A stretch of 64,000 nucleotides of DNA from Alphaproteobacteria bacterium (GTDB lineage Bacteria > Pseudomonadota > Alphaproteobacteria > CALKHQ01): positions 3,296,001 to 3,360,000 of the forward strand of contig CBDDFZ010000001.1 of assembly GCA_965227515.1 (NCBI GenBank), given 5' to 3'. Both the position numbers and the translations under genes were made by a program. The notes under the pieces were generated by a model. It was given only the letters and a program-made list of their open reading frames with translations, did no database searches and had not been told where the DNA came from. The first letter of the stretch is position 1. Each line of letters opens with the position of its first letter. Below are positions 54,215 through 64,000 of this stretch, one piece after another.

Positions 54215-55132
54215 TCAGGCCGCGTCAGCCGGCGAGGCCAGTAATTCGGTAAAGCCGGCTTCCAGTTCGCGCAACGTGGCGCCTTCCAACGGGCGCAAGG
54301 GCGGGCGCGGTGGGCCACCGCCATAGCCCAGCATGTCCATCGCCGCCTTGGTCGACGGGTAGAGCTTGCGCGTCTCGGTCACGAACAGCCGGGTCATGTC
54401 CTGGCCGATCCGCTGCAGGGCCCACGCCTCGTCCAGGCGCCCGGCGCGGGTGGCGTGCCACAGGTCCATGCAGCCCTTCGGCCAGACATTGGGGAAGCAG
54501 TCGATCAGCCCGTCGGCGCCGGCCAGGGTGGCGGCCACGCCAAACACCGACGACGGGCCGCAGAACACGCGGATGCGGTCGCGCACGGCGTACAGCGTCT
54601 CATGGAAATTGGTCCAGTTGCTGGAGCTTTCCTTGATCGCCACGACCTTGTCGAGGTCGGCCAGCTCGTCGGCGATCTCAGGCGTGATCGCGTTCCCCGG
54701 CGGGCGATGGATGTTGTAGAGCACCACCGGCAGCGGTGCCGCCTCGGCCACCTGCTGGAAAAACGCGATCATGTCGCGCCGCGTCAGGTCGACGAAATAG
54801 GGCGGCATCACCAGCACGCCGTCGCAGCCGGCGTCCTTGGCGGCATGCGCCACCTCGATCGCCTCTTCGGGGCGGATCGCACCGGTGCCGACGATGGCCG
54901 GACCGCGGCCGGCGCATCCCTTCACCGTCAGGGCAGCCAGGCGCGCCCGCTCCTCCAGCGTCAGCGACCAGAACTCGCCAGTGCAGCCGGCGGCAATGAT
55001 GCCGGTGGCGCCATTGGCGAACATGCGCTCGATGTTGGCGGTGAAAGCCGCCTCGTCAATCGACAGGTCCGGCGCGAAATTGGTGATGACCGCGGGCATC
55101 GGCCCGGTCCAGTCGATATCGTTGCGATCCAA
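54215..55132 (-). CDS. Dihydrodipicolinate synthase family protein
   Basis: GCTGEF, LYN, AIKESS. Confidence 0.88.
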   Translation of the reverse strand: MDRNDIDWTGPMPAVITNFAPDLSIDEAAFTANIERMFANGATGIIAAGCTGEFWSLTLEERARLAALTVKGCAGRGPAIVGTGAIRPEEAIEVAHAAKDAGCDGVLVMPPYFVDLTRRDMIAFFQQVAEAAPLPVVLYNIHRPPGNAITPEIADELADLDKVVAIKESSSNWTNFHETLYAVRDRIRVFCGPSSVFGVAATLAGADGLIDCFPNVWPKGCMDLWHATRAGRLDEAWALQRIGQDMTRLFVTETRKLYPSTKAAMDMLGYGGGPPRPPLRPLEGATLRELEAGFTELLASPADAA

Positions 55133-55183
55133 TTCCCGCGTCCTCCTTCGATCCGGCCGGCCAGGGGTGCCGACCAGGCTGAT

Positions 55184-56272
55184 TCATCCGTCGGCGTTCA
55201 GCCGGCGCCCGTCCCCGTCGCCGGCAAAGACGTGCAGGTGCGCCGCAACCAGATCCACCGGCACCAGGTCGTCGACGGCAATGGGCGACGTGGCCGGCGT
55301 GCGCGCCGTCAGCTTCGGGCCGCCGCCCTCCAGCTCCAGGATCACGATGTTCTCGTGCCCGGTCGGCTCGACGATCTTGACCATGGCGTTGTGGGCGCCG
55401 CTCTGCCCCAGAATGACATCTTCCGGCCGCGCGCCGATCACGACGGGCCCCGGCGCATCGGCCGCCAGCGGCACGCCGTCGAGCGGCAGCCGCATGCCGG
55501 GCGCGGTGAACGTCGGCACGCCGTTCTCCACCGCCAGCATCCCCTCGACCATGTTCATCGACGGGGTGCCGATGAAGTCGGCGACGAAGCGGTTGGCGGG
55601 CCGGCGATAGACTTCCTGCGGGCCGGCGAACTGCTGCAGCCGGCCGGCGTTCATCACCGCGATCCGGTCCGACATGGTCATGGCCTCGAGCTGGTCGTGG
55701 GTGACATAGACCATGGTGCGGCCCAGCCGGCGGTGCAGTTCCACCAGTTCGGCACGCATGTAGGCGCGCAGCTTGGCGTCCAGGTTCGACAGCGGCTCGT
55801 CGAGCAGGAACACGTCCGGGTCGCGCACCAGCGCGCGGCCCAGGGCCACCCGTTGCTGCTGCCCGCCGGAAAGGTGCCGGGGCTTGCGTTGCAACAGCTC
55901 GGTCAGTTGCAACAGCTCGGCGGTTTGCGCCACCGCGCGCTTGCGTTCGGCCGGCGGCACACGGCGCTTGCGCAGGGGATAGGCGATGTTCCGCTCCACC
56001 GTCATATGCGGATAGAGCGCATAGGACTGGAACACCATCGCGATATTGCGCTTGCCGGGCGGCACGTCGTTCACCACCCGCTCGCCAATGCTGATGGTGC
56101 CGGCGCTGGGGAACTCCAGGCCGGCCAGCATGCGGAGCGTCGTGGTCTTGCCGCAGCCGGATGGGCCCAGCAACGACACGAACTCGCCCGAAGCGATCTC
56201 CAGGTCGAGGCCGTGCACGGCGACGAAATCGCCGAAAGCCTTGCGCACGCCCTGCAGCACCACGTCCGCCAT
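55184..56272 (-). CDS. Carbohydrate ABC transporter ATPase (MalK-like)
   Basis: GPSGCGKT, VFQSYALYPHM, LSGGQQQR, LLDEP. Confidence 0.95.
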   Translation of the reverse strand: MADVVLQGVRKAFGDFVAVHGLDLEIASGEFVSLLGPSGCGKTTTLRMLAGLEFPSAGTISIGERVVNDVPPGKRNIAMVFQSYALYPHMTVERNIAYPLRKRRVPPAERKRAVAQTAELLQLTELLQRKPRHLSGGQQQRVALGRALVRDPDVFLLDEPLSNLDAKLRAYMRAELVELHRRLGRTMVYVTHDQLEAMTMSDRIAVMNAGRLQQFAGPQEVYRRPANRFVADFIGTPSMNMVEGMLAVENGVPTFTAPGMRLPLDGVPLAADAPGPVVIGARPEDVILGQSGAHNAMVKIVEPTGHENIVILELEGGGPKLTARTPATSPIAVDDLVPVDLVAAHLHVFAGDGDGRRLNADG

Positions 56273-56279
56273 GGCTACC

Positions 56280-57119
56280 TCAGCCCTTCACCGCGCCGGC
56301 GCCGAAGCCGCGCGTCAGATAGCTCTGCAGGAAGGCGAAGATGACGATCAGCGGCAGGCTCATCATCACCGAGGCCGCCATCAGCAGCGACCATTCGATG
56401 TTGAACGCCGACGTCAGCATCGTCATGACGCCGGTGGTCAGCGGCCGCGCCTCGTCGGAATTCACCAGCACCAGCGCGTAAAGATACTCGTTCCAGGACA
56501 GGATGAACGTGAACAGCGCGGTGGAGATGATCCCAGGCAGAAGCTGCGGCAGGATCACATCCCAGAACGCGCCCAGCCTGGACGCGCCGTCGACCATGGC
56601 AGCCGATTCCAGATCCTCCGGCACGCCGGCCATGAACGAGCGCAGCAGCCACAGCCCATACGGCAGCGCGAAGGTGGTGTAGGCGATGACCAGGCTGAAG
56701 ATGGTGTTGGAGAGCCCCAACTCCACCATCATCAGGTAGAGCGGCAGGATCAGCACCACCGACGGCAGCAGATAGGTGAACAGCACCAGCAGCGCCAGGG
56801 ATTCGCGGCCGCGGTACTTGAACCGGATCAGGCTGTAGGCGCCGAGCGAGGCGATCACCACCACCAGCACGGTGGTGGCCACCGACAGGATGACCGAGTT
56901 GCGGAAGAACTTCAGGAAGTCGGTCTCGTCGAGCAGCCGCCAGTAGTGCTCGAAGGTCACCTCGCCGGGCAGGAAGGTCGGCGGGATCTTGAACAGCTCG
57001 GTCTGCGGCTTGATCGACGTCATCACCATCCACAACAGTGGAAACGCGACCAGCAGCACCAGGATCCAGGTGACGATGTTGCGGGCGATGCCACGGCCCG
57101 TATGGGTGCGCGCGCTCAC
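56280..57119 (-). CDS. Carbohydrate ABC transporter permease
   Basis: LESAAMVDGA EAA-loop variant, WNEY. Confidence 0.93.
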   Translation of the reverse strand: MSARTHTGRGIARNIVTWILVLLVAFPLLWMVMTSIKPQTELFKIPPTFLPGEVTFEHYWRLLDETDFLKFFRNSVILSVATTVLVVVIASLGAYSLIRFKYRGRESLALLVLFTYLLPSVVLILPLYLMMVELGLSNTIFSLVIAYTTFALPYGLWLLRSFMAGVPEDLESAAMVDGASRLGAFWDVILPQLLPGIISTALFTFILSWNEYLYALVLVNSDEARPLTTGVMTMLTSAFNIEWSLLMAASVMMSLPLIVIFAFLQSYLTRGFGAGAVKG

Positions 57120-57122
57120 CGC

Positions 57123-58031
57123 CTATGGCTCCCGCCGCGCAGCACCACGGATGTAGACGATCATGAACGTCAGCATGATCAGCATCATCACCACGGCATA
57201 GGCCGACGCCATGCCCATCTCGTTGAGCGAGAACGCCTCCTTGTAGACCAGCAGCGGCAGTGTCTGGGTGGCGGTAACCGGGCCGCCGCCGGTCATCAGG
57301 TAGATCAGGTCGAATTCCTTGAAGTCCCAGATCGCGCGCAGCATCACGATCACCACCAGCACGCTCCTGAGCTGCGGCAGCGTGATGTCGAAGAACCGGG
57401 CGATCGGACCCGCACCGTCGATGCGCGCCGCCTCGTACAGCGGTTCCGGGATCGTCTGCAGCCGCGCCAGCACGGCAATGACCACGAACGGGAAGTATTT
57501 CCAGGCGCCGACGAAGATGACCGAGATCATCGCGTTGGGCATCGTGCCCAGCCAGTCGACCGGCATGTCGACCACGCCGGCGCCCATCAGCATGTGGTTG
57601 AGGATGCCGTAGAGGTCGTTGAACAGCCACCGCCAGATCAGCACGGCGACCACCGTCGACACGAAATAGGGAAACAAGATCAGGCTGCGGGCGAGCGAGC
57701 GGAACCAGAGGTTCTGGTGCAGCAGCAGGGCCATGCCGACGCCGAACACGATCTGCAGCACCAGGGTGCCTACGGTCCAGATGACATTGGCTTTTAGGGC
57801 CGACCAGAAGTCGCCCGATGCCAGCAGCTCGGCATAGTTGTCGAAACCGACCCACTCGCCCTCCAGTGTCGGCGTGTAGATGGAAAACAGGCTCAGGTAG
57901 ATGGCGGAGATCAGCGGGTAGACGATGACCAGGCAGAACACCAGCACGCTGGGCGCGATCAGCAGCATGCCGAGCCGCGCATAGCGCCGCTCCAACAGGG
58001 TCGACGGGCGTGCGGTTGCCGTTGCGGTCAT
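57123..58031 (-). CDS. Carbohydrate ABC transporter permease
   Basis: LYEAARIDGA, MTGGGP. Confidence 0.93.
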   Translation of the reverse strand: MTATATARPSTLLERRYARLGMLLIAPSVLVFCLVIVYPLISAIYLSLFSIYTPTLEGEWVGFDNYAELLASGDFWSALKANVIWTVGTLVLQIVFGVGMALLLHQNLWFRSLARSLILFPYFVSTVVAVLIWRWLFNDLYGILNHMLMGAGVVDMPVDWLGTMPNAMISVIFVGAWKYFPFVVIAVLARLQTIPEPLYEAARIDGAGPIARFFDITLPQLRSVLVVIVMLRAIWDFKEFDLIYLMTGGGPVTATQTLPLLVYKEAFSLNEMGMASAYAVVMMLIMLTFMIVYIRGAARREP

Positions 58032-58036
58032 GTGTC

Positions 58037-58071
58037 AAAAGAAGCGGCGGGCACCCCCATTTGCCCGCCGC
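58037..58071 (-). terminator. Intra-operon hairpin/terminator after the binding-protein gene
   Basis: GCGGCGGGCA/TGCCCGCCGC 10-bp stem followed by TTCTTTT on the minus strand. Confidence 0.7.
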
Positions 58072-58100
58072 CGATTCCTGTCCGAAGCTTAGCCAGCGGC

Positions 58101-59450
58101 TCAGGAATTCATGATCTCTTCGATCGCCATCGCGGTGTCGCCGATCACCGCGGCCGCGTCCTCGTCGTTCAGCACGATCCGCTGCACCATCTCGGCCAGC
58201 ACGCCGGAATTGACGATGTCGCCGGCCTTCACGTTCGGCTTGTGCTCCGGCGTCTCCCAACCCAGATTGTGGCCGGCCGCCGCCGCCGCCGACATCAGTT
58301 CCACCTCGGCGGTGTACTTCTCGATGATCGGGTTATCCAGATAGCGCTCGTCCTCGGCGATGGTCTGCAGCACCGGCAGTACGTGGCCGGGTGCGGCGTG
58401 GAGCTGCTGGATGTAGCCCTCCGGGTCGTACAGGAACGCGGCGAACTGCTTGGTCACGTCCATGTTCGACGCCGCAGCCGGGATGAACACGCTGGGGAAG
58501 TCGTTGAAAGTCCACGGCGACACGTCGGTGGAAATGCGCGGGTAGGTCACGCAGGTCACCGAGTCGGCGATATCAGGGTTCTGGTTGTTGACGTTGATCA
58601 GCGCACGCCCGGTGTAGATGCCGGTTGCGGTGGCCCCGCTGACGAACGCGGTCAGGCTCTCGCCCCACGAGTAGTTGGTGGCCCCCGGCGGGCAGAATTC
58701 GCGCATGGAGCGATAGAATTCCAGCGCGTTGCGGGTCTCGTCGCTGTCCAGCGTGATGTCGAGGTCGGGCGAGAACACCGAGCCGCCGGCCAGATGGATG
58801 AACCCGATGATGGTGAGCGTGGTCATCGAGTTATAGGCATAGGGCAGCGGCGCGCCATAGATGCCCCCGCCCTGCATGGCGGCACAGGCCGCGCGCAGCT
58901 CGTCCCAGGTCTCCGGCGCCTTGTCGATGCCGGCGGCCTCCATCAGGTCGGTGCGCAGCCAGCACATATTGGCGGCCGAGTTGCCGATGCCGCTGCCGGC
59001 ATACTGGCCCGCGTCGATCTCATAGATGTCGTTGGCGCCGGGGTAGTACTTGTCGGCGCCGACCATGTCGATCACGTCATTGAACGGCTCCAGCAGCCCC
59101 GCGCTCCAGTAGTCGGAGACCGCGAAGGACGGCAGGTGGGTCACGACGTTCGGCACCTCGCCGCTGGCGAAGGCGGCGGCAAGCTGCGGGGCATAACCCT
59201 CGTCGGAGGTCTTTTCGAACACCACGGTGACGCCGGGGTGCATCTCCATGAACTGGGCAATCTGGAACTCATAGGCCGCGAGCTGTTCCGGCGAGGACTG
59301 CGGCGACCACCAGCGGATGGTCACGTCCTCTTGCGCGCGTGCCGCACGCGGCAGGCCGGCTGCCGCGACAGCGGCCGTCGCCGCCATGCCGCCCAGCGCC
59401 GTGCGCCTGCTGAAACCGTTCCGAAGTGTGTGCTTGGCAGAACCGCTCAT
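58101..59450 (-). CDS. Carbohydrate ABC substrate-binding protein with Tat-like signal
   Basis: SRRTALGG...ARA signal, PETWDEL; start 59450 or 59462. Confidence 0.9.
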   Translation of the reverse strand: MSGSAKHTLRNGFSRRTALGGMAATAAVAAAGLPRAARAQEDVTIRWWSPQSSPEQLAAYEFQIAQFMEMHPGVTVVFEKTSDEGYAPQLAAAFASGEVPNVVTHLPSFAVSDYWSAGLLEPFNDVIDMVGADKYYPGANDIYEIDAGQYAGSGIGNSAANMCWLRTDLMEAAGIDKAPETWDELRAACAAMQGGGIYGAPLPYAYNSMTTLTIIGFIHLAGGSVFSPDLDITLDSDETRNALEFYRSMREFCPPGATNYSWGESLTAFVSGATATGIYTGRALINVNNQNPDIADSVTCVTYPRISTDVSPWTFNDFPSVFIPAAASNMDVTKQFAAFLYDPEGYIQQLHAAPGHVLPVLQTIAEDERYLDNPIIEKYTAEVELMSAAAAAGHNLGWETPEHKPNVKAGDIVNSGVLAEMVQRIVLNDEDAAAVIGDTAMAIEEIMNS

Positions 59451-59466
59451 GTCGCTCCCCATCCCA

Positions 59467-59503
59467 TTTGTTCACATATCGCACGATCGTTCGATAATGA
59501 CAC
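59467..59503. promoter_or_regulatory. Possible PcaR/PobR-type IclR operator pair
   Basis: GTTCACATATCGCAC (59470) and GTTCGATAATGACAC (59489) resemble the GTTCGATAATCGCAC box. Confidence 0.55.
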
Positions 59504-59668
59504 ACCATCTCTCTGATCCGCGCAAGCATCTTCCATCGTCGCGGCCGGAATGTGCGCAAATGTGCGGATCGTGCTTGCCTCGACCGCCCCGAACGTGAGA
59601 ATTGGCCGGCTCCCGTCGCACCGGCGCAGCTTTTTTCACAAGGGTAGATTTATCATGGCAGGCCGGAC

Positions 59669-60526
59669 ATGACAGGCAATCAGGGAGTAGCTCCCAAGAT
59701 CATGGGCGGGCGCGAGGGGCTGATCTCCACCTCCACGCCGACTCCGGCCAATGGCGACAATGGCGCGATCAAGAACCGCGATTATGTCAGCTCGCTCGCG
59801 CGCGGGCTTGAGATCTTGCGCGCGTTCAGCCGTAAGCGCCGCCGCATGACGCTGAGCGAGGTGGCGGCGGAGACCGGCATCAACCGGGCCGCGGCGCGCC
59901 GCTTTCTGCTGACCCTGGTGCACGAGGGCTATGCCGTGGCCGACGGCAAGCTGTTCGACCTGACGCCCCAGGTGCTGGAACTGGGGTTCTCGGTGCTGTC
60001 GTCGATGGGGGTGTGGGACCTGTCGCGCCCGTTCCTGGAGCGGCTGGCCGAGGAGATCGAGGAATCGGTGTCCGCCGCGGTGCTGGACGGCAGCGACGTG
60101 GTCTATGTCTGTGGGGCACAGTACCATCGCGTGATCTCGGTCGGGGTTACCCTGGGCAACCGCCTGCCCGCCTATTGCACCGCCACCGGGCGGGTACTGC
60201 TGGCCGAGCGCCCGGTCGAGGAATGGGACGTGATGATCGCCGGCCTGCAGTTGGAGCCGCGCACCCGCCGTACCGTCACCTCGAAGACGCGTTTCCGCGA
60301 GATCCTGGAGGAAGTGCGCGAGCATGGCTGGGCGCTGGTGGACCAGGAGCTTGAGGCCGGCCTCGTCTCCATCGCCATTCCCCTGCGCAAGCGCTCGGGC
60401 GAGGTGTTCGGCGCCATCAATGTCGGCTGCCCTACCGTGCGCGCCACACCGGCCGACATGGTGGAGCGCATGCTGCCGCGCCTGAAGGACGTCGCCCACG
60501 ACATCTCCCAGGCTATCGCGCGGTAG
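59669..60526 (+). CDS. IclR family regulator (PcaR/PobR-like)
   Basis: YVSSLARGLEIL, RAAARRFLLTL, RLPAYCTATGR, DQELE. Confidence 0.92.
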   Translation: MTGNQGVAPKIMGGREGLISTSTPTPANGDNGAIKNRDYVSSLARGLEILRAFSRKRRRMTLSEVAAETGINRAAARRFLLTLVHEGYAVADGKLFDLTPQVLELGFSVLSSMGVWDLSRPFLERLAEEIEESVSAAVLDGSDVVYVCGAQYHRVISVGVTLGNRLPAYCTATGRVLLAERPVEEWDVMIAGLQLEPRTRRTVTSKTRFREILEEVREHGWALVDQELEAGLVSIAIPLRKRSGEVFGAINVGCPTVRATPADMVERMLPRLKDVAHDISQAIAR

Positions 60527-60545
60527 CATTCCGCAGCAGGGCGGC

Positions 60546-61679
60546 TCACCCGAACCGCCCCACCCCATACGGTTCCGTATCGAACGGTGCATCGTCGCCC
60601 AGCGCGATGGCAGCGGCGGCGCGGCCGACCAGAGGGCCCAGCGTGTAGCCGGCGTCGCCCGGCACCGCGAACACCACCCGTGCTGCACCCGGCGCACGCC
60701 CGATGATCGAGCCGCCGTCGGCGACGTTGTTCAGCCCGGCCCATGTGCGCAGGATGCGAAGTCCACCGATGGCCGGGGCCAACCGGGCGGCCAGCGCCAC
60801 GTTGCCGACCAGGCTGTCCGCCTTCACCTCCGGCGTCTTGTCGCCGCCATCGAAGCGGGCCGGCCAGCCGCCGCCGATGACGATCTGGCCCGATACGAAC
60901 TGCTTCAGCGTGATCGGCCGCTCGGCATGTTGCACGAGGTGGCGCATGGCATAGGCCGCCGGTTCGGTGATGTTCATGTGCAGCGGTTCCCAGGTAATCG
61001 GCACCGTGAGGCCCAGGCCCGTCGCCAGCTCGCGCACGCCCCAGGATGCCGCCAGGATGGCCTGGCCGGCCCTGTGCGAACGCGCACCGCGTGCCACGAT
61101 GCCGGTGCCATCCGTTTCCAGCGCCCTGATCCTGTCGACAGCGAAAGTGGTGCCGACGTCCTCCGCCACCGACCTCAGTTTCGCGTTGGTAATCAGAGGG
61201 TTGAGCTTGCCTTCTTCACGGCATAGTTCAGCGCCGACGACGTGCGGGCCGAGCCATGGCGCGATCGCCTCCAGCGCGGGCCGGTCCAGCATCTCGGCAT
61301 CCACGCCCATGCGTCGCTCGCGCTCGGCCTTGGCCTCCAGGAAGCGCATCTGGTCGGCGTCCTCCGCGACCATCAGGCCACCGTCGCGCACCAGTTCGAA
61401 TCCGCCATATGCGGCCTCCAGGCGCTCCCATTCGGCGACGGCCTGGACGTAGAGCGGCAGCGACGCCTCGATTTGCGGGGCCAGTTCGGGGAACTGGCGC
61501 AGAACCCGGCTTTGCATCTGCACGTGCAGGCTGCCGGCATTGGCTGTGGAGCCGGCATTGCGGCCCCAGTCGACCACGGTGACGGCCATGCCGGCCTGCG
61601 CCGCCGCCAGCGCCGCCGTCGTGCCGACGACACCGCCGCCTATGATCAGCAGGTCGGCGCGGGCCTCGTCACGTGTCAC
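60546..61679 (-). CDS. FAD-dependent oxidoreductase, DAO family (opine oxidase B/HcnC-like)
   Basis: IIGGGVVG, GSTANAG, RTWAG, GYTLGP. Confidence 0.85.
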   Translation of the reverse strand: MTRDEARADLLIIGGGVVGTTAALAAAQAGMAVTVVDWGRNAGSTANAGSLHVQMQSRVLRQFPELAPQIEASLPLYVQAVAEWERLEAAYGGFELVRDGGLMVAEDADQMRFLEAKAERERRMGVDAEMLDRPALEAIAPWLGPHVVGAELCREEGKLNPLITNAKLRSVAEDVGTTFAVDRIRALETDGTGIVARGARSHRAGQAILAASWGVRELATGLGLTVPITWEPLHMNITEPAAYAMRHLVQHAERPITLKQFVSGQIVIGGGWPARFDGGDKTPEVKADSLVGNVALAARLAPAIGGLRILRTWAGLNNVADGGSIIGRAPGAARVVFAVPGDAGYTLGPLVGRAAAAIALGDDAPFDTEPYGVGRFG

Positions 61680-63354
61680 CCGGCGCCTCATGCTCCGCGA
61701 GGACATCGTTCGCCGCGAGCACGGTGGCGATGGCGACCGGCTTGATCGGCGCGCGCGGGGCGAAGAAGCTCAAGTCGCCGATGTCGGTGCCGCGATCCGC
61801 CGCCATTCGCCGGGCCAGCGCCGGTGCGCAGTACCGCCCCTGGCAGCGCCCCATGCCAAGCCGGGTCGCGCGCTTCACTGAGCCGATATCCCCCAGTCGG
61901 TTGGCCGGATCGTCACCGAATGTGTCGTCCAGCATGGCGCCTGAAACTTCCTCACAGCGGCAGGCCAGTGCATCGGCACTCGGGAGCGCCGGAGCGCCAG
62001 CCCTGTAGAGGGTCCACAGCGCGTCCTGGAAGCTGCGATGTCTTGCCAGGCGCCGGTGGGCATCGCGAGGATCGGCAGCGTCCCGGCCGCAGAGCCGCGC
62101 CGCAGCAGCGCCGGCAATCGCACCCTCCTCCACCGCGGCGGGCGCGCCGCCGAGGCCGCAACAGTCGCCGACCGCAAACACGGCGGCAACGCTGGTTTCC
62201 ATCGCATCGCTGCGCGCCGGGCGAAGCTGGTCGAATGCCCTGTCGTAGCGCATGTCCGCGCCCAGCAGGCGCAGGACCTCGTTCTGCGGCTGAAAGCCGT
62301 AGTTCATGCACACGGTGTCGACCGAGACGGCGGTCTCGCCGGATGCAGACCGGAACGTCGCGGCCAATTCGTCGCCCTCGCGCGCGATGCGCACGAGCTC
62401 GGTGCCGTAGCGCATCTTGACGCCCCGCCGCTTGAGCCCGGCCAGCATGGCAGCGCCCTTGGCGGCCAATCCCGGTGATGTCGCCCACATCCGCGCCACG
62501 GCGCCGATACTCCGCCACGGCGCGGGCGCGGCTTCCGCCACCAGCACCACGTCGGCACCGCCGGCCGCCAGCTCCAGCGCCACCTGCGCATTCAGCGGCC
62601 CGGAGCCGCAGATCGCCACCCGCTGCCCCGGCAGAGTGCGGTAGCTGCGCCACAAGGTCTGTGCGGCACCGGTGGTCATCACGCCGGGCAGGTCCCAGCC
62701 CGGCACCATCGCCGGCCGCTCATAGGCGCCGGTCGCGACGACGATCGTCTTTGGCGAGACGACGAGCGCGGTGCCGCCGACTTCCGCGAACACCAGCGGG
62801 CCGTCGAACGCACCCCACACTTCCGCACCGCCGACGATGCGCGCGCCCGACGCGTGCGCCCGCGCCACCAGGTCGGCGCCCCTCGCCTGTTGCGCGTCCA
62901 GGGGCTGCCGGCCCAGCGCCTCGGCGGTTTGCTTGTAGAACTGGCCGCCGGCGACCTTGCGCTCGTCCAGCACGAGGACGTCGGCCCCGGCCTCCGCCGC
63001 GGCTATGGCGGCGTTGAGCCCCCCGGCCCCGCCGCCAATGACCAGCACGTCCGGGGACAGGCGTTGCGCGGGCTTAGGTTCCGGCGCCGCCCCGCCCAAT
63101 TGCGGCAGTGCGGTCTGTGTCTTGATCGCCTGCCGTGGCGCGGCGGGCGTCATGCAGGCGCGGCGGTTCGGCTGGCCGTCGATCTCGACCAGGCATTCCT
63201 GGCAGACCCCCATGCCGCAGAACATGCCGCGCCGCGCTCCGCTGGGCGTCTCGCGGAATGCGCGGATGCCGGCCTCGGTCAGTGCCGCCGCCACCGACTG
63301 CCCTGTTCGGAACGGGATTGGGCGGCCGTCGAATGTGAGCGATGATTCAGCCAT
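61669..63354 (-). CDS. Fused 2Fe-2S plus FAD/NAD oxidoreductase (opine oxidase A/HcnAB-like)
   Basis: CGMGVCQEC...RAC; GGGAGG; ATGAYER; CRCEEV...GMGRCQGRYC. Confidence 0.85.
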   Translation of the reverse strand: MAESSLTFDGRPIPFRTGQSVAAALTEAGIRAFRETPSGARRGMFCGMGVCQECLVEIDGQPNRRACMTPAAPRQAIKTQTALPQLGGAAPEPKPAQRLSPDVLVIGGGAGGLNAAIAAAEAGADVLVLDERKVAGGQFYKQTAEALGRQPLDAQQARGADLVARAHASGARIVGGAEVWGAFDGPLVFAEVGGTALVVSPKTIVVATGAYERPAMVPGWDLPGVMTTGAAQTLWRSYRTLPGQRVAICGSGPLNAQVALELAAGGADVVLVAEAAPAPWRSIGAVARMWATSPGLAAKGAAMLAGLKRRGVKMRYGTELVRIAREGDELAATFRSASGETAVSVDTVCMNYGFQPQNEVLRLLGADMRYDRAFDQLRPARSDAMETSVAAVFAVGDCCGLGGAPAAVEEGAIAGAAAARLCGRDAADPRDAHRRLARHRSFQDALWTLYRAGAPALPSADALACRCEEVSGAMLDDTFGDDPANRLGDIGSVKRATRLGMGRCQGRYCAPALARRMAADRGTDIGDLSFFAPRAPIKPVAIATVLAANDVLAEHEAPGDT

Positions 63355-64000
63355 CATTGCCGACAATCTGCCGGCGTGCGGCGATCAGCCTGGCAAGCGC
63401 GGCCTCACGCCATGCGGCGCGGTCGGCCAGTTGCTCGGCCGGCAGGATCGCGCGGCGCTGGCGCTCGACCTCGGCGACCAGGTCCGGCGTCCATTCGCAG
63501 CCGGTCTCGCCCCGCCCCTCGCCGATGGCACGATAGGCCGGGCCGAGCCTGGCGGCATGGGCTGCAATGCCGCCGGCGGTGTTGAGGTCGGCGGTTTCGA
63601 ACGGGCCGCCCAGCGCCCAGCGCAGCCCCAGGCCGTCGCGCACCAGCCGGTCGAGGCCGTCGACGTCGATCACGCCCTCGCGGACCAGCCGGTAGGCTTC
63701 GCGCAGGACGGCGCTTTGCAGGCGATTGAACACGAACCCCGGCACTTCCGCGCCCAGCGCGACGGGAGAGAAGCCGGCGGCCGCAAACACTTCGCTTGCT
63801 TTCGCCAGCGCGGCTTCGTGCGTTTCGGGCGCCGGCACCAGCTCCACCACCCGGATCAGGGTCGGCGGATTGGCCGGATGCGCAACCAGGCAGCGTGCGC
63901 GTTGGTCCGGCGCGTCGAGGATTTGCGAAACGGTCATCGCCGATGATGTGGTGGCGATCACCGCGTCCGTGTTCAAGTGGCTGAACAGGTCTGCAAAGAT
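63347..64000 (-). CDS. 3-hydroxyacyl-CoA dehydrogenase family, lambda-crystallin/carnitine dehydrogenase-like (5' end outside window)
   Basis: VAHPANPP, VPGFVFNRLQ, GLGLRWA, GPFETADLN. Confidence 0.85.
   Translation of the reverse strand: MFADLFSHLNTDAVIATTSSAMTVSQILDAPDQRARCLVAHPANPPTLIRVVELVPAPETHEAALAKASEVFAAAGFSPVALGAEVPGFVFNRLQSAVLREAYRLVREGVIDVDGLDRLVRDGLGLRWALGGPFETADLNTAGGIAAHAARLGPAYRAIGEGRGETGCEWTPDLVAEVERQRRAILPAEQLADRAAWREAALARLIAARRQIVGNDG

Overview
High-GC chromosomal segment, most likely from an alphaproteobacterium (judged from uvrA/ssb-gyrA-coaD synteny and the repeat types). From left to right: (1) a pxpA/B/C-like lactamase cluster interleaved with biotin carboxylase and biotin carrier genes, plus bioY; (2) a complete nickel-pincer cluster larA-larC-larE-larB with a TRAP transporter, and nikR/hupE with a NikR operator nearby; (3) uvrA; (4) a ~6.9 kb variable block between uvrA and ssb with a lipoprotein, a two-domain peptidoglycan hydrolase, an IS5, an IS110 inside a CTAG-ended miniature repeat, bfr and bfd; (5) ssb-gyrA-coaD and tRNA-Lys(TTT); (6) a 12.7 kb element integrated in that tRNA (49-bp att duplication); (7) ndh, bdhA, an ammonium transporter-chemoreceptor fusion and a sugar/opine-like catabolic cluster. 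The integrated element carries integrase, AlpA, Arc, a helicase with an iteron origin, TerS, a split TerL, scaffold-like and ejection-like proteins, but no recognisable capsid, portal or tail gene; it is a candidate new type of podophage satellite. In the IS110, all four bridge-RNA guide segments, the CT core and the junction promoter can be read from the sequence and match its REP-like target. Product calls come from motif recognition by eye; no database search was run.
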